From assembly GCA_965222765.1 (NCBI GenBank), contig CBDCVG010000043.1:161053-225052 (forward strand): a stretch of DNA of 64,000 bases, given 5' to 3'. The stretch is from Caldora sp. (GTDB lineage: Bacteria > Cyanobacteriota > Cyanobacteriia > Cyanobacteriales > Coleofasciculaceae). Shown piece after piece: positions 19,206 through 29,021 of the stretch. Position 1 is the first letter of the stretch. Each line of letters begins with the position of its first letter. The notes under the pieces are model-generated. The model did not search any database. It was not told the origin of the DNA and saw only the letters and a list, made by a program, of their open reading frames with translations. The translations under genes and the position numbers were made by a program.

Positions 19206-19811
19206 AGTATCAGTTCCATAATTGTTCTAGAGATGATAACAGTAGAAGATAACAACTAGATGATAACAGTAGGTAGTCAGGACAAAATCAACTGTGACAA
19301 TTAATTAATTAATGCTAAAGTCACAACTCACTATGTTGTCACAAATGGTTGCTCAATCCTACACATACCAAGTTGTTCGGTATTTAGACGGGATACTTCA
19401 ATTCTCTCAAAGGGAACAGGGGACAAGGAAAAAAATAGGGAATATCCAATTTAAATGCAGATTATTTTACCCCTAACTTGAGGTGGAAACGTCTTAAACT
19501 ATGGTTGTCAGTTCGAGCTAGAGCCTTAAAAAAAGGAAAATAAACGTTATCATAATGATAACAAAGATCAATTAAAAGCAAATATATGGTGTGGCTGTAA
19601 TCAATGAATGACAATGGTTTCCGCTTCTTTACCCTAAAAAATAGTTGCTCACTTACTCTAGTATTCTTCCGCACAAATCAAAATGGGTTTTCTGGGAGCA
19701 AGATGTTATATCTGTATATCTGAATCTGCTGCGATCGTCCACCAGCTCAAGTCAACAAATGCTGATTGACCATTTTATTTACATAAATTCACTAAGGAGT
19801 ATTGATTAAAC

Positions 19812-20549
19812 GTGGAAAACCACACAGAAAAAATCCTGGTGGTAGACGACGAAGCCGCCCTCCGGCGTATTCTGGAAACTCGCCTTTCGATGATTGGTTA
19901 CAATGTAGTCACTGCTGCGGATGGTGAAGAGGCACTTCTACTTTTCTCTGAGGAAGCACCTGATTTGATAGTCTTAGACATAATGATGCCCAAGTATGAT
20001 GGCTATTATGTGTGTAAAGAAATAAGAAAAAAATCTGATGTGCCCATCATTATGCTAACTGCCTTGGGAGATGTCGCTGATCGAATCGCTGGTTTGGAAC
20101 TCGGAGCAGATGATTATCTCGTAAAACCATTTTCACCCAAAGAGTTAGAAGCTAGGATTGCTTCTATTTTGCGTCGGTTTAAATCTACCATCACTTCAGA
20201 TTTCATCAGTTCTGGAGAGATTCAAGTTGGTGCATTGCATATCAATACTAACAAACGACGAGTTGCTCGAGGCAATGAGCAAATTCGGTTAACGGGCATA
20301 GAATTTGATTTGCTGCAACTGTTAGTTAATCACTCAGGTAAACCGGTTTCCCGTGCCGATATTTTGAAAGCAGTTTGGGGGATAACTCCCATCTGTCATA
20401 GTGATTTGCGGATTGTTGACGTTCACATCTCTCGCCTGCGAGCCAAAATTGAACAGAACCCCAAGCAACCAGAATTTATTATTACCGCTCGTGGAACAGG
20501 CTACTTATTTCAGCGCATGGCTGAACTCGTAGAACCAGCAAGAGCTTGA
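19812..20549 (+). CDS. OmpR-family response regulator (RpaB-like)
   Basis: The receiver domain is MENHTEKILVVDDEAALRRILETRLSMIGY...DVPIIMLTALGDVADRIAGLELGADDYLVKPFSPKELEARI and the winged helix is VDVHISRLRAKIE...ITARGTGYLF. GTG start with an AAGGAG 12 nt upstream. The N-terminus closely matches RpaB, but the C-terminal half diverges. Confidence 0.85.
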   Translation: MENHTEKILVVDDEAALRRILETRLSMIGYNVVTAADGEEALLLFSEEAPDLIVLDIMMPKYDGYYVCKEIRKKSDVPIIMLTALGDVADRIAGLELGADDYLVKPFSPKELEARIASILRRFKSTITSDFISSGEIQVGALHINTNKRRVARGNEQIRLTGIEFDLLQLLVNHSGKPVSRADILKAVWGITPICHSDLRIVDVHISRLRAKIEQNPKQPEFIITARGTGYLFQRMAELVEPARA

Positions 20550-20741
20550 AATTTATTTTTGTTTATGGTAGAGCCGCTTTTTGCTAATGGCTAGTAGCTA
20601 GTTATTAGCAGAAAGCGGCTCCTAGTGTAAGAAGGCAGGAGGCAGAAGGCAGAAGACAGAAGGAAAAAAAGAGAGGTATTAAGCTGTTACGCATTTAAAT
20701 GATGAATTAGTACTGACGCCGGAACGCATAAATTAGGACTA

Positions 20742-20854
20742 ACTAGTACCGCTGCGCGGAATTAAGAATTAAGAATTAAGAATTAAGAATGCTTATATAG
20801 TAAGGATTCTATCTATCTAAAGCTGGTTGGTTATTTACGCCGCGCTGCACTAGT
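20742..20854 (+). mobile_element. MITE-like element, copy 3 (113 bp, complete): TIR + 4x AATTAAG + spacer + TIR
   Basis: ACTAGTACCGCTGCGCGG...CCGCGCTGCACTAGT; see copies at 6714 and 12829. Confidence 0.8.
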
Positions 20855-21138
20855 TTAAATGTGTCTTAGTTTACCAATTTCCAATTCGCAATTCCCAATT
20901 CGCAATTTAATAATTCCCAATTTAATAATTCTCAAGTTAGGATATGAGGAGTAGCTAGCAGTAGTGAACATTACTCAGGCCAGACCTGTGTTCTTTAGGA
21001 ACACAGATATTTTTGGTCGCATGCTTACCTTTTGATTACCCCACCAACAATATTCTCAACATTGGCAGGGTAATACTCTTCATATCACTGGGACATCTTC
21101 TCTTTGGAAGCAACTAACCTCAATTGGAGAGATTATTT

Positions 21139-23682
21139 ATGCAAGCAGATGGCTTACCTATTAGTCCACAAGTTATGGACTCCACAGATGCTATCAAGTC
21201 TGCTATTACCAACAACTTTCCCATCGTTGCTCCTGATATACCTCTTATTGATGCTCTGAAACTTATGAGTCAGGAGGGGACAGCTCTTAATAATGGTAGA
21301 GCTCGACCCTTAAAAGTGCCTAGCAATCCCACGATCCCCTCATCTTTAGCAGGATGTAGTTGTGTCTTGGTAGCACAAGATAAACAACTTTTGGGGATAA
21401 TTACTGCAGCAGATGTGGTGCAATTGGTAGCTACAGGAAAGGAGTTAGAGAAATTTGCGATCGCTGAAGTGATGCAGCCATTGGTTATCACTTTGAAGCA
21501 ATCAGATTTACCAGCTCCTAGAGCAATCACGTCTTTATTTTATCAGCACCAAATCTCCCATATACCAGTTTTGAGTGATCACGGAGAAGTGGTAGAGATT
21601 ATTACTCCGGAAAATCTTCTGTACCAAACGGCGGAACACCAGCAAGCGGAAGAAGCTCTCTCAAAAATCAACCAACAGTTAGAAAACAGAGTAGAAGAGC
21701 GAACAGCAGTTCTTTCTTCCACTGTTGAGCAATTCCAACAAGAGATACACCAACGCCAACAGATAGAAAAGGAACTCCGCAAGAGTCAGATACTCTATCA
21801 AGGTATTGTTGAAGATCAAACGGGATTGATCTGCCGTTTTTTACCCAATGGCACGATTACCTTTGTTAATCAAGCCTACTGCGATTATTTCCATAAGCAG
21901 CCAAAGGAAGTGATTGGCTACCAGTCTTTACATCTAATGCCAATAGAAAACTCACCTCTGTTGGCAGATATAATTGCTGCTGTAAGTCCTGAAAACCCAG
22001 TCTTTAGGGCACAATATCAGGTTACTTTACCTACGGGTAAGATGGGTTGGCATCGGTGGACTATTCGTGCCTTCTACAATAGCGAAGTGGAAAGCGCTAA
22101 TGTTCTTGAACCAACTTGCTTGTTTAAATTACAGGCAGTAGGTTGGGATATAACCGAATCAAAGCAAGTCGAGCAGGTACTCCGCGTCAGTGAGGAACGT
22201 TATCGGTTGTTGGCAGAAAACTCCACTGATCTGATTTCTCGTCGTGATTTGACAGGGGTTTATCTCTACGCCTCACCAGCCTGTCGTACTCTACTAGGTT
22301 ATGAACCGGAAGAATTAGTGGGATTATCTAGTAACGACTTGATTCATCCCCAGGATTTGGAACATGCTCAGCAATGCCGAACCAATATTCTTCAAACACA
22401 AGATAATTGTACTAGTTCCTACCGCATCAGGAAAAAAGACGGCAGTTATATCTGGTTTGAAACTACTAGTAAAACAGTAATTGATCGAGATACTGGTGCA
22501 CCCAAAGAATTTGTCTCAGTCTCCCGAGACATCACTGAACGCTACCTCTCACAAGAGCGTATGCGTTTGTTTGAGTCAGCAGTTACCAATGCTAACGACG
22601 TGATTCTGATCACTGACGCAGATACTATTAATGGTTCTGGACCGAGGATTGTGTATGTTAACAAAGCCTTTACTCAGATAACTGGTTACTTAGCAGAAGA
22701 AGTGATTGGGAGGACACCGCGCATCCTCCAAGGTCCCAAAACAGACCGCAGCCAATTAAATAAAATTCGGGCTGCTATCCTTAAGAAGGAACCAGTTCAG
22801 GCAGAGTTAATCAACTACTCTAAAGACGGTTCTGATTACTGGATAGAACTAAATATCGTTCCCATTGCTGATGAGCGGGGGCAGTTTACTCATTTTGTTG
22901 CCATACAACGGGATATTACCAAACGTAAACAAGCCGAAGCGGAAATGCTCAAAGCACTAGCAAAGGAGCGAGAACTAAACGAGCTGAAGTCTCGCTTCAT
23001 TGCTATCACTTCCCATGAATTCCGTACTCCTCTTGCCACTATCCTTTCTTCTGCCGACCTATTAGAGAAATTTCCCTGTACAAAAGCAGAAAAGCAGGGG
23101 CTGTTTAATCAAATTCAAACCTCTGTCAAGCATATGACTCGGCTTCTAGAAGATGTGCTGTTTGTAACCCGTTCGGAAGCAGGAAAACTAGAGTTTAAGC
23201 CTACCCAGCTTGATCTGACGCAATTTTGTAGTGCTCTAGTCAAGGAAGTAGAAATTGGTTTAGGCAAATACCACCGACTATATTTTACGAGTTGTGGTAT
23301 TTGCAGCGGCTTCATGGATGAAAAACTACTCCGTAGCATTCTCACTAATTTGCTTACCAATGCTATTAAGTATTCTCTCCAAGGTAGTAGAGTCAAAGTG
23401 AGGCTCGCTTGTGAGGATGGGAAAGCGATCTTTCAGGTTGAAGATGAGGGCATCGGTATTCCTGTTGCAGATCAACAACATCTATTTGAAAGCTTTCATC
23501 GAGCCAGCAACGTTGGCAGTATTTCGGGCACTGGGCTAGGATTGACCATTGTCAAGAAATGTGTGAAGTCCCACGGGGGAAAAGTTGCTGTGGAAAGTCA
23601 GGTGGACAGGGGCACTACTTTTACTGTCACACTACCAATGAATTATGAACCATCAAAACAAGAAAACTATTCTGGTGATTGA
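21139..23682 (+). CDS. Sensor histidine kinase with an N-terminal CBS pair and multiple PAS domains
   Basis: The H-box is ITSHEFRTPLATI, with a complete HATPase_c region (N, G1, G2 boxes: EDEGIGI, GTGLGLTIVKK). There are three PAS-like segments. GGAG lies 9 nt upstream of the ATG. Confidence 0.85.
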   Translation: MQADGLPISPQVMDSTDAIKSAITNNFPIVAPDIPLIDALKLMSQEGTALNNGRARPLKVPSNPTIPSSLAGCSCVLVAQDKQLLGIITAADVVQLVATGKELEKFAIAEVMQPLVITLKQSDLPAPRAITSLFYQHQISHIPVLSDHGEVVEIITPENLLYQTAEHQQAEEALSKINQQLENRVEERTAVLSSTVEQFQQEIHQRQQIEKELRKSQILYQGIVEDQTGLICRFLPNGTITFVNQAYCDYFHKQPKEVIGYQSLHLMPIENSPLLADIIAAVSPENPVFRAQYQVTLPTGKMGWHRWTIRAFYNSEVESANVLEPTCLFKLQAVGWDITESKQVEQVLRVSEERYRLLAENSTDLISRRDLTGVYLYASPACRTLLGYEPEELVGLSSNDLIHPQDLEHAQQCRTNILQTQDNCTSSYRIRKKDGSYIWFETTSKTVIDRDTGAPKEFVSVSRDITERYLSQERMRLFESAVTNANDVILITDADTINGSGPRIVYVNKAFTQITGYLAEEVIGRTPRILQGPKTDRSQLNKIRAAILKKEPVQAELINYSKDGSDYWIELNIVPIADERGQFTHFVAIQRDITKRKQAEAEMLKALAKERELNELKSRFIAITSHEFRTPLATILSSADLLEKFPCTKAEKQGLFNQIQTSVKHMTRLLEDVLFVTRSEAGKLEFKPTQLDLTQFCSALVKEVEIGLGKYHRLYFTSCGICSGFMDEKLLRSILTNLLTNAIKYSLQGSRVKVRLACEDGKAIFQVEDEGIGIPVADQQHLFESFHRASNVGSISGTGLGLTIVKKCVKSHGGKVAVESQVDRGTTFTVTLPMNYEPSKQENYSGD

Positions 23683-24661
23683 AGACCAGCAAGCAATTCG
23701 AGCTAATCTTCTGAAGATCTTAAAACATGTTGGATTTCAAACAATCGGCGCAGAAAATGGCTTAGAGGGTATGGAATTGGCAAAGAACCATTTACCTGAT
23801 CTCATTATTTGTGACATTATGATGCCAGATATAGATGGTCATGATGTACTCAAAGAGCTGCTTCAAGACCCAGGAACTGCTAGGATACCTTTTATTTTCC
23901 TCACCGCCAAAGCCAATAGGTCAGATATTCGGGAAGGAATGAATCTTGGCGCAGATGACTATCTCACTAAACCATTTACTAGCGACGAATTAATCGATAC
24001 GGTCTTTGCTCGACTAGCAAAACAGGAGGCTATCACTCAACCCTATCTAGAGGATATGAAGCGAGCAACAGATGTTCTGGACGAAGTAGCGGGTAACATC
24101 AAGCAAGCGGTAGATCAGGTGAGTAAGTTATCCTACCGGGACTCACTGACTAATCTTCCCAATAGGAAAGCACTGCTTCATTGGTTACCAGAAACTCTCT
24201 CTGAGGCACAAGAAAAACAGCAGCAGGTTGCAGTTTTGTTTTTAAATTTAGATAATTTTCGCAGTATTAATACCAATTTTGGACAAGGGACGGGAGATTT
24301 ATTACTCAAGGCAGTGGTAGAACGGCTGCAAAATGTAGTCCCGGAAGAAAATGCTATTACCCACATCGGTGGGGATGAATTTTGCCTAATTCAGATGGGG
24401 GTACTTCAGAAACAAAATGCTGCTAAATTAGCTAGAAACCTCCTCAACTCGATCACTCAACCCTACTCTCTCAATGGTAAGCAAGTATCTGTTAAGACTA
24501 GCATCGGTATTGCTCTCTATCCTGATGATGGTCAAAATCCAGATCAGCTGCTAGCAACTGCTGATCAAGCAAGACGCTCGTGTCGGATGCGGGGAGGCGG
24601 CAACTATCAGTTCTACAGCTCAATGGCCGATAGGGTCAATGACCCCTCATTGCTCCGTTGA
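23645..24661 (+). CDS. Response regulator with receiver + GGDEF (diguanylate cyclase) domains
   Basis: The receiver is ILVIEDQQAIRANL...DLIICDIMMPDIDG...LTKPF and the GGDEF motif is ITHIGGDEFCLIQ. It overlaps the kinase gene by 38 nt. Confidence 0.85.
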   Translation: MNHQNKKTILVIEDQQAIRANLLKILKHVGFQTIGAENGLEGMELAKNHLPDLIICDIMMPDIDGHDVLKELLQDPGTARIPFIFLTAKANRSDIREGMNLGADDYLTKPFTSDELIDTVFARLAKQEAITQPYLEDMKRATDVLDEVAGNIKQAVDQVSKLSYRDSLTNLPNRKALLHWLPETLSEAQEKQQQVAVLFLNLDNFRSINTNFGQGTGDLLLKAVVERLQNVVPEENAITHIGGDEFCLIQMGVLQKQNAAKLARNLLNSITQPYSLNGKQVSVKTSIGIALYPDDGQNPDQLLATADQARRSCRMRGGGNYQFYSSMADRVNDPSLLR

Positions 24662-24717
24662 AGGGAAGAAACACTCCAGGGCGAGTGAGGGTGTAGGGTG
24701 TGGGGTGTGGAGTATCG

Positions 24718-24750
24718 ATTGTGGAACTGGCATCTTGCCAGTTCCACAAT
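24718..24750. terminator. Perfect palindrome ATTGTGGAACTGGCA-TCT-TGCCAGTTCCACAAT between convergent genes (likely a bidirectional terminator)
   Basis: A 15-bp stem, located between the GGDEF gene stop (24661) and the ribBA stop (24764). Confidence 0.6.
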
Positions 24751-24763
24751 TGTTTCTTGAAAG

Positions 24764-26437
24764 TCAGATTCTTGCAAAACTATAGATCTTTTGGGTGGTT
24801 AAGTTATCGCAAATAGAGGAAGGTTGCATCTTTAAGGGGAAAGTTTGTCGGTCTAGCTGAACCTGTAAGTTGGCTAGAGGGTCACTGCCAGAAGATACTA
24901 TAAATTCTAGGCATCCTACTTGAGACCATTGACTTAAAGTATCCAGAATTTTAGCAATCGCTTGTACATAGGGATGAGTGTTGGACTTATACCAATCTGG
25001 TGTCGCTAGATCTGCTTGATCAAAGCCCACATGAATAGTTAAAGAAGGTTTGCTAAAAAGTGCGATCGCTAAAGGTCGTGCTTCCTCCTGTAATAATAAG
25101 TTCTGGCTATGAAACAAATGTCTTAGCTTGTCCAAGCGTTGATAACGCTCAGTGATTTCCTCAGGGGCATCTTGCCAATGAATTGCCAAGGTGATCAAAT
25201 AAGTCTGCAACAGCATATGACCTAGTTTTTGAGCCTTGGTTGCTAGATAAGTGGAATTGTAGTCGTTGGCTTCAATCAGCAAAGGAACCCGATCAACCAC
25301 TTCCAAACCGTAACCTTTCAAACCAGCAATTTTACGGGGATTGTTGGTAATCAAACGGATTTTTTTGACCCCTAAGTCATTGAGCATTTGTGCTCCCATA
25401 CCATAATCTCGCAAGTCGGCAGGAAATCCTAGGCGTTCATTAGCTTCTACTGTATCTAGTCCCATATCCTGCAATGAATAAGCTTTCAACTTATTCACCA
25501 GACCAATCCCACGTCCTTCTTGTCGCAAATAAACTACCACTCCCTGACCAGCATTTTCAATCATTTTCAGTGCTGCTTGGAGCTGCATTTGACAGTCGCA
25601 ACGCAGGGAACCCAAGGCATCTCCTGTTAAGCACTCTGAATGCATCCTTACCATTACGGGGTTATCGGAGAACTGTTCTGGATCTCCTTTGATAATTGCA
25701 ACATGTTCTGAGTTATCCAGGGTATTGCGGTAGCCGTAAATCTTAAAAGTCCCAAACTGGCTGGGCAATTTAGCGATGCTTTCTCGGTACACAAAGCGGT
25801 CGTACTGGAGACGATAACTAATTAAATTGGCAATGCTGATTATTTTCAAGTTGTATTCTTCAGCATACTTGATCAATTCTGGCAAACGTGCCATTGAACC
25901 ATCAGGATTTTGGATCTCACAGATAACACCCCCCAGATATAAACCTGCAAGTCGGGCAAGATCAATAGCTGCCTCAGTATGGCCTGCCCGTTTCAAGACC
26001 CCTCCTTCCTTGGCACGAATCGGAAAAATGTGACCAGGACGTCGTAAATCTTCTGGTTGAGTTTCTGGGTTGATGGCAACTTGAATTGTCTTGGCTCTGT
26101 CTTCAGCAGAGATGCCAGTAGTGACTCCCAAATCTGTTGCTGCATCAATACTAATGGTAAAGGCTGTCTGGTTAGTATCAGTATTTTGACTAACCATTAG
26201 AGGCACATCCAAGGCGTCTAAGCGATCGCCTGTTAGAGACAAACAAATAAGACCCCGTGCTTTTACTGCCATAAAATTAACCATGTTGGGGGTAGCAAAT
26301 TGGGCAGCACAGATTAAGTCCCCTTCATTCTCTCGGTTTTCGTCATCAACCACCACTACAGCACGACCAGCCTTGAAATCTGCCAACGCTGCATCAATTG
26401 AGTCAAATTCAAACGAATCAGTTCCAGACAATTTCAC
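24764..26437 (-). CDS. ribBA: Bifunctional 3,4-dihydroxy-2-butanone-4-phosphate synthase / GTP cyclohydrolase II with a ~150-aa C-terminal extension
   Basis: The RibB part is VVVVDDENRENEGDLICAAQ and the RibA part is RMHSECLTGDALGSLRCDCQ...GRGIGL. GTG start. Confidence 0.9.
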   Translation of the reverse strand: MKLSGTDSFEFDSIDAALADFKAGRAVVVVDDENRENEGDLICAAQFATPNMVNFMAVKARGLICLSLTGDRLDALDVPLMVSQNTDTNQTAFTISIDAATDLGVTTGISAEDRAKTIQVAINPETQPEDLRRPGHIFPIRAKEGGVLKRAGHTEAAIDLARLAGLYLGGVICEIQNPDGSMARLPELIKYAEEYNLKIISIANLISYRLQYDRFVYRESIAKLPSQFGTFKIYGYRNTLDNSEHVAIIKGDPEQFSDNPVMVRMHSECLTGDALGSLRCDCQMQLQAALKMIENAGQGVVVYLRQEGRGIGLVNKLKAYSLQDMGLDTVEANERLGFPADLRDYGMGAQMLNDLGVKKIRLITNNPRKIAGLKGYGLEVVDRVPLLIEANDYNSTYLATKAQKLGHMLLQTYLITLAIHWQDAPEEITERYQRLDKLRHLFHSQNLLLQEEARPLAIALFSKPSLTIHVGFDQADLATPDWYKSNTHPYVQAIAKILDTLSQWSQVGCLEFIVSSGSDPLANLQVQLDRQTFPLKMQPSSICDNLTTQKIYSFARI

Positions 26438-26721
26438 TTTAAAAGTGTGAGCTAGATGCCCCTAACGTGTGTTATTACTTGATTGTATCCCGTTTATTAG
26501 AGCACAGGAGTATCAATTCGTTCTTTAATTTACCCATCTGCCTCCTCGTCTTCCTCTCCCAGAAAGCACAAATTTCTTCTGTGAAAAAATCCCTAGGGGA
26601 CGTTTTTAATAAATTTTTAATTAAATTCCCAGATAGCTGTATCACCAAAAAGCAGTTTTGATACTAAAATGCAGCAAATGTTAAACATTTACGGTTTGAG
26701 CTCTCTTAGGAAAGAAATATT

Positions 26722-27780
26722 ATGGGGGATTTAGGACGCCTATCCGTAGGCATTATTGGGGCTTCAGGTTATGGCGGCGTGCAACTTGTACGGCTGTTGA
26801 TGGAGCACCCTGGAGTCGAAGTGGTTTATTTGGGGGGAAATAGCAGTGCTGGTAAAAAGTTTTCCGATCTATATCCTCATTTAGGTAATCTGGTTGATCT
26901 AACAATTGAGCCGATTGATTTAGATGCTATAGCAAGTCGCTGTCAAGCAGTGTTTCTCTCACTGCCCAATGGCTTAGCCCATACAATGGCACCAACACTA
27001 CTATCAAAAGGATGTAAAGTTCTTGATTTATCGGCTGACTATCGGTTTAAAAATTTAGAGACTTACAAAAATTGGTATGGTGGGGAACGACATGACCAGG
27101 AAATGGCAGCAACTGCAGTTTATGGTTTACCGGAACTATATCGCGATCGCATTGCCAAAGCTGAGTTGATAGGTTGTCCTGGTTGCTACGTCACTACCAG
27201 TCTATTAGCTCTTGCACCATTGTTGAAACAAGGCCTTATTGAACCAGACACTGCAATTATTGATGCTAAATCTGGAACCTCTGGTGGTGGACGTGCAGCT
27301 AAAACTAACCTCCTGTTGGCAGAAGCTGACAACTCAGTTGCTCCCTATGGGGTTGCTCGTCACCGACATACTCCAGAAATCGAGCAAATCTGCCATGATC
27401 TAGCAGGACATGAAGTTATGGTACAGTTCACACCGCACCTGATACCAATGGTAAGGGGCCTACTAGCAACTGTTTATGCTACGCTCCGAGATCCAGGACT
27501 GGTACGGGAAGACTTAGTGACAATTTACACTGCCTTTTACCGAGCATCTCCTTTCGTGAAGGTTTTACCTTCTGGTACTTATCCCCAAACTAAATGGCCT
27601 TGTGGTACTAATCTCTGTTATATCGGCGTCGAAGTTGATATTCGTACTAACCGAGTGATTGTGATGTCGGTTACTGACAACTTAATTAAAGGTCAAGCTG
27701 GTCAAGCAATCCAGTGTTTGAATCTGATAATGGGTTGGGAAGAAACTCTGGGTTTGCCTCGGTTGAGTTTTTATCCATAG
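26722..27780 (+). CDS. argC: N-acetyl-gamma-glutamyl-phosphate reductase
   Basis: [17 protein letters not shown]...; the protein is full length (352 aa) and matches ArgC throughout. Confidence 0.92.
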   Translation: MGDLGRLSVGIIGASGYGGVQLVRLLMEHPGVEVVYLGGNSSAGKKFSDLYPHLGNLVDLTIEPIDLDAIASRCQAVFLSLPNGLAHTMAPTLLSKGCKVLDLSADYRFKNLETYKNWYGGERHDQEMAATAVYGLPELYRDRIAKAELIGCPGCYVTTSLLALAPLLKQGLIEPDTAIIDAKSGTSGGGRAAKTNLLLAEADNSVAPYGVARHRHTPEIEQICHDLAGHEVMVQFTPHLIPMVRGLLATVYATLRDPGLVREDLVTIYTAFYRASPFVKVLPSGTYPQTKWPCGTNLCYIGVEVDIRTNRVIVMSVTDNLIKGQAGQAIQCLNLIMGWEETLGLPRLSFYP

Positions 27781-27857
27781 CAAGACTTACGAAAGTGGCG
27801 GGAAACTAATTTCTTCCGAAGTTTGGGAGGGATAGTGGTTCGCCACTTTTCATTTAT

Positions 27858-27997
27858 TCCATCTTTTTGAAGCACGGGAGCAAGATGCTCCCACTATTAA
27901 AGATTTTTCTTTCCCTCAATCGACACCACTCGACAAATCGCCGAAACCCTATATTTTTCCTTGAGTGGTGTCGATACCTTACAGGGAGAGAGTTTAT
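27858..27997 (+). repeat. Structured ~145-bp repeat R1 (contains the GGGAGCAAGATGCTCCC hairpin and a long imperfect hairpin TCAATCGACACCACTCGAC...GAGTGGTGTCGATA)
   Basis: ~90% identical to 28780..28927 in the same orientation. Confidence 0.8.
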
Positions 27998-28065
27998 CGA
28001 GATTTTCTCTTCAAGTAAACAATTAAAATAAATACAAGTATTTGCTTTGCCTCACAGCCAAAATC

Positions 28066-28299
28066 ATGCAAGTTATCATTCAACCTCCTTCCCTAATTGA
28101 AACCGGAATTAAAGTAGAAACTATCAACGGTTATCCGCTGTTCAAATTTACGAACTCACTTCAATCACGTTTAGAAACTCTTCTGGAAAAAAATCAAATC
28201 AATGCTTTAACTTCAGAAGAACAAGAGGAACTAAATGCCATTAGCGAACTTGATCGCCTCTTTACTTACTTAAACTCCCTGCTAATTGCTCAAAAATGA
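28066..28299 (+). CDS. Small hypothetical protein translationally coupled to the downstream HNH gene (ATGA overlap)
   Basis: 77 aa from the ATG at 28066 (a TTG at 28042 is also possible). Its stop overlaps the HNH start. Confidence 0.45.
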   Translation: MQVIIQPPSLIETGIKVETINGYPLFKFTNSLQSRLETLLEKNQINALTSEEQEELNAISELDRLFTYLNSLLIAQK

Positions 28300-28700
28300 C
28301 CATTACCGAAGCAACTCGCCAATATGTTAGACAACGTGCTAACTACCTTTGCGAATATTGCCACTCTCCAGAAGAAATCAGCACCTCTCGCTTCACAATC
28401 GACCACATTAAACCCCGTTCTTTAGCAGGTACGGATGATGTCAATAATTTGGCACTTGCTTGTAGCCGCTGCAATCAACGCCGTTACAATTTTACAGCAG
28501 GCAGCGATCTAGAAACTCAAGCAGAAGTTTCTCTATTTAACCCTCGAACTCAACAATGGAAAGAGCATTTTATTTGGACGAGGGATGGTATAAAAATTGT
28601 AGGAATCACCCCAATTGGTCGTGCTACTTGTAATCGCCTGGATGTGAACAACGAACGTTATCAAGGAGAGCGATCGATTCAGGAAGCACGAGCTTTATGA
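28296..28700 (+). CDS. HNH endonuclease (COG1403-type, the abundant cyanobacterial family)
   Basis: CEYCHSPEEISTSRFTIDHIKPRSLAGTDDVNNLALACSRCNQRRYN, then a C-terminal TPIGRATCNRL tail. Confidence 0.8.
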   Translation: MTITEATRQYVRQRANYLCEYCHSPEEISTSRFTIDHIKPRSLAGTDDVNNLALACSRCNQRRYNFTAGSDLETQAEVSLFNPRTQQWKEHFIWTRDGIKIVGITPIGRATCNRLDVNNERYQGERSIQEARAL

Positions 28701-28779
28701 ATGAAAGCAGGTTGTCATCCACACCCAGATGATCCAAAACAAACAGAAAGCCTGTAAGGAACTTCCAAATAAAAAAATA

Positions 28780-28927
28780 TTCCATCTTTCTGAAACAAGG
28801 GAGTAAGATGCTCCCACTACTATTAAAGATTTTTCTTGCCCTCAATCGACACCACTCGACAAATCGCCGAAACCCTTTATTTTTCGTTGATTGGTGTCGA
28901 TTTACCTGGCTTACAGGGAAAGAGTTT
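28780..28927 (+). repeat. Structured ~145-bp repeat R2
   Basis: See R1. The ORF 28808..29002 lies inside it and is judged spurious. Confidence 0.8.
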
Positions 28928-29021
28928 GAGGTGTGTGTTTGGCTTATTTTTTCGGCATGTATGTTAGTATTTTTTTTAGTGGTGCCGATTTATCGTACTT
29001 AAATATTTTTGTAAAAATATC

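Noticed and set aside
19812-20549. Assigning the symbol rpaB to the OmpR-type regulator
   Set aside because: The N-terminal receiver is very RpaB-like, but the DNA-binding half diverges (ITPICHSDLRIVDVH compared with the usual YTPERHVDTRVVDVH). Nostocales carry several RpaB paralogues, so I left the symbol empty.
28808-29002. 64-aa ORF
   Set aside because: It lies entirely within structured repeat R2 (equivalent sequence in R1 is non-coding).
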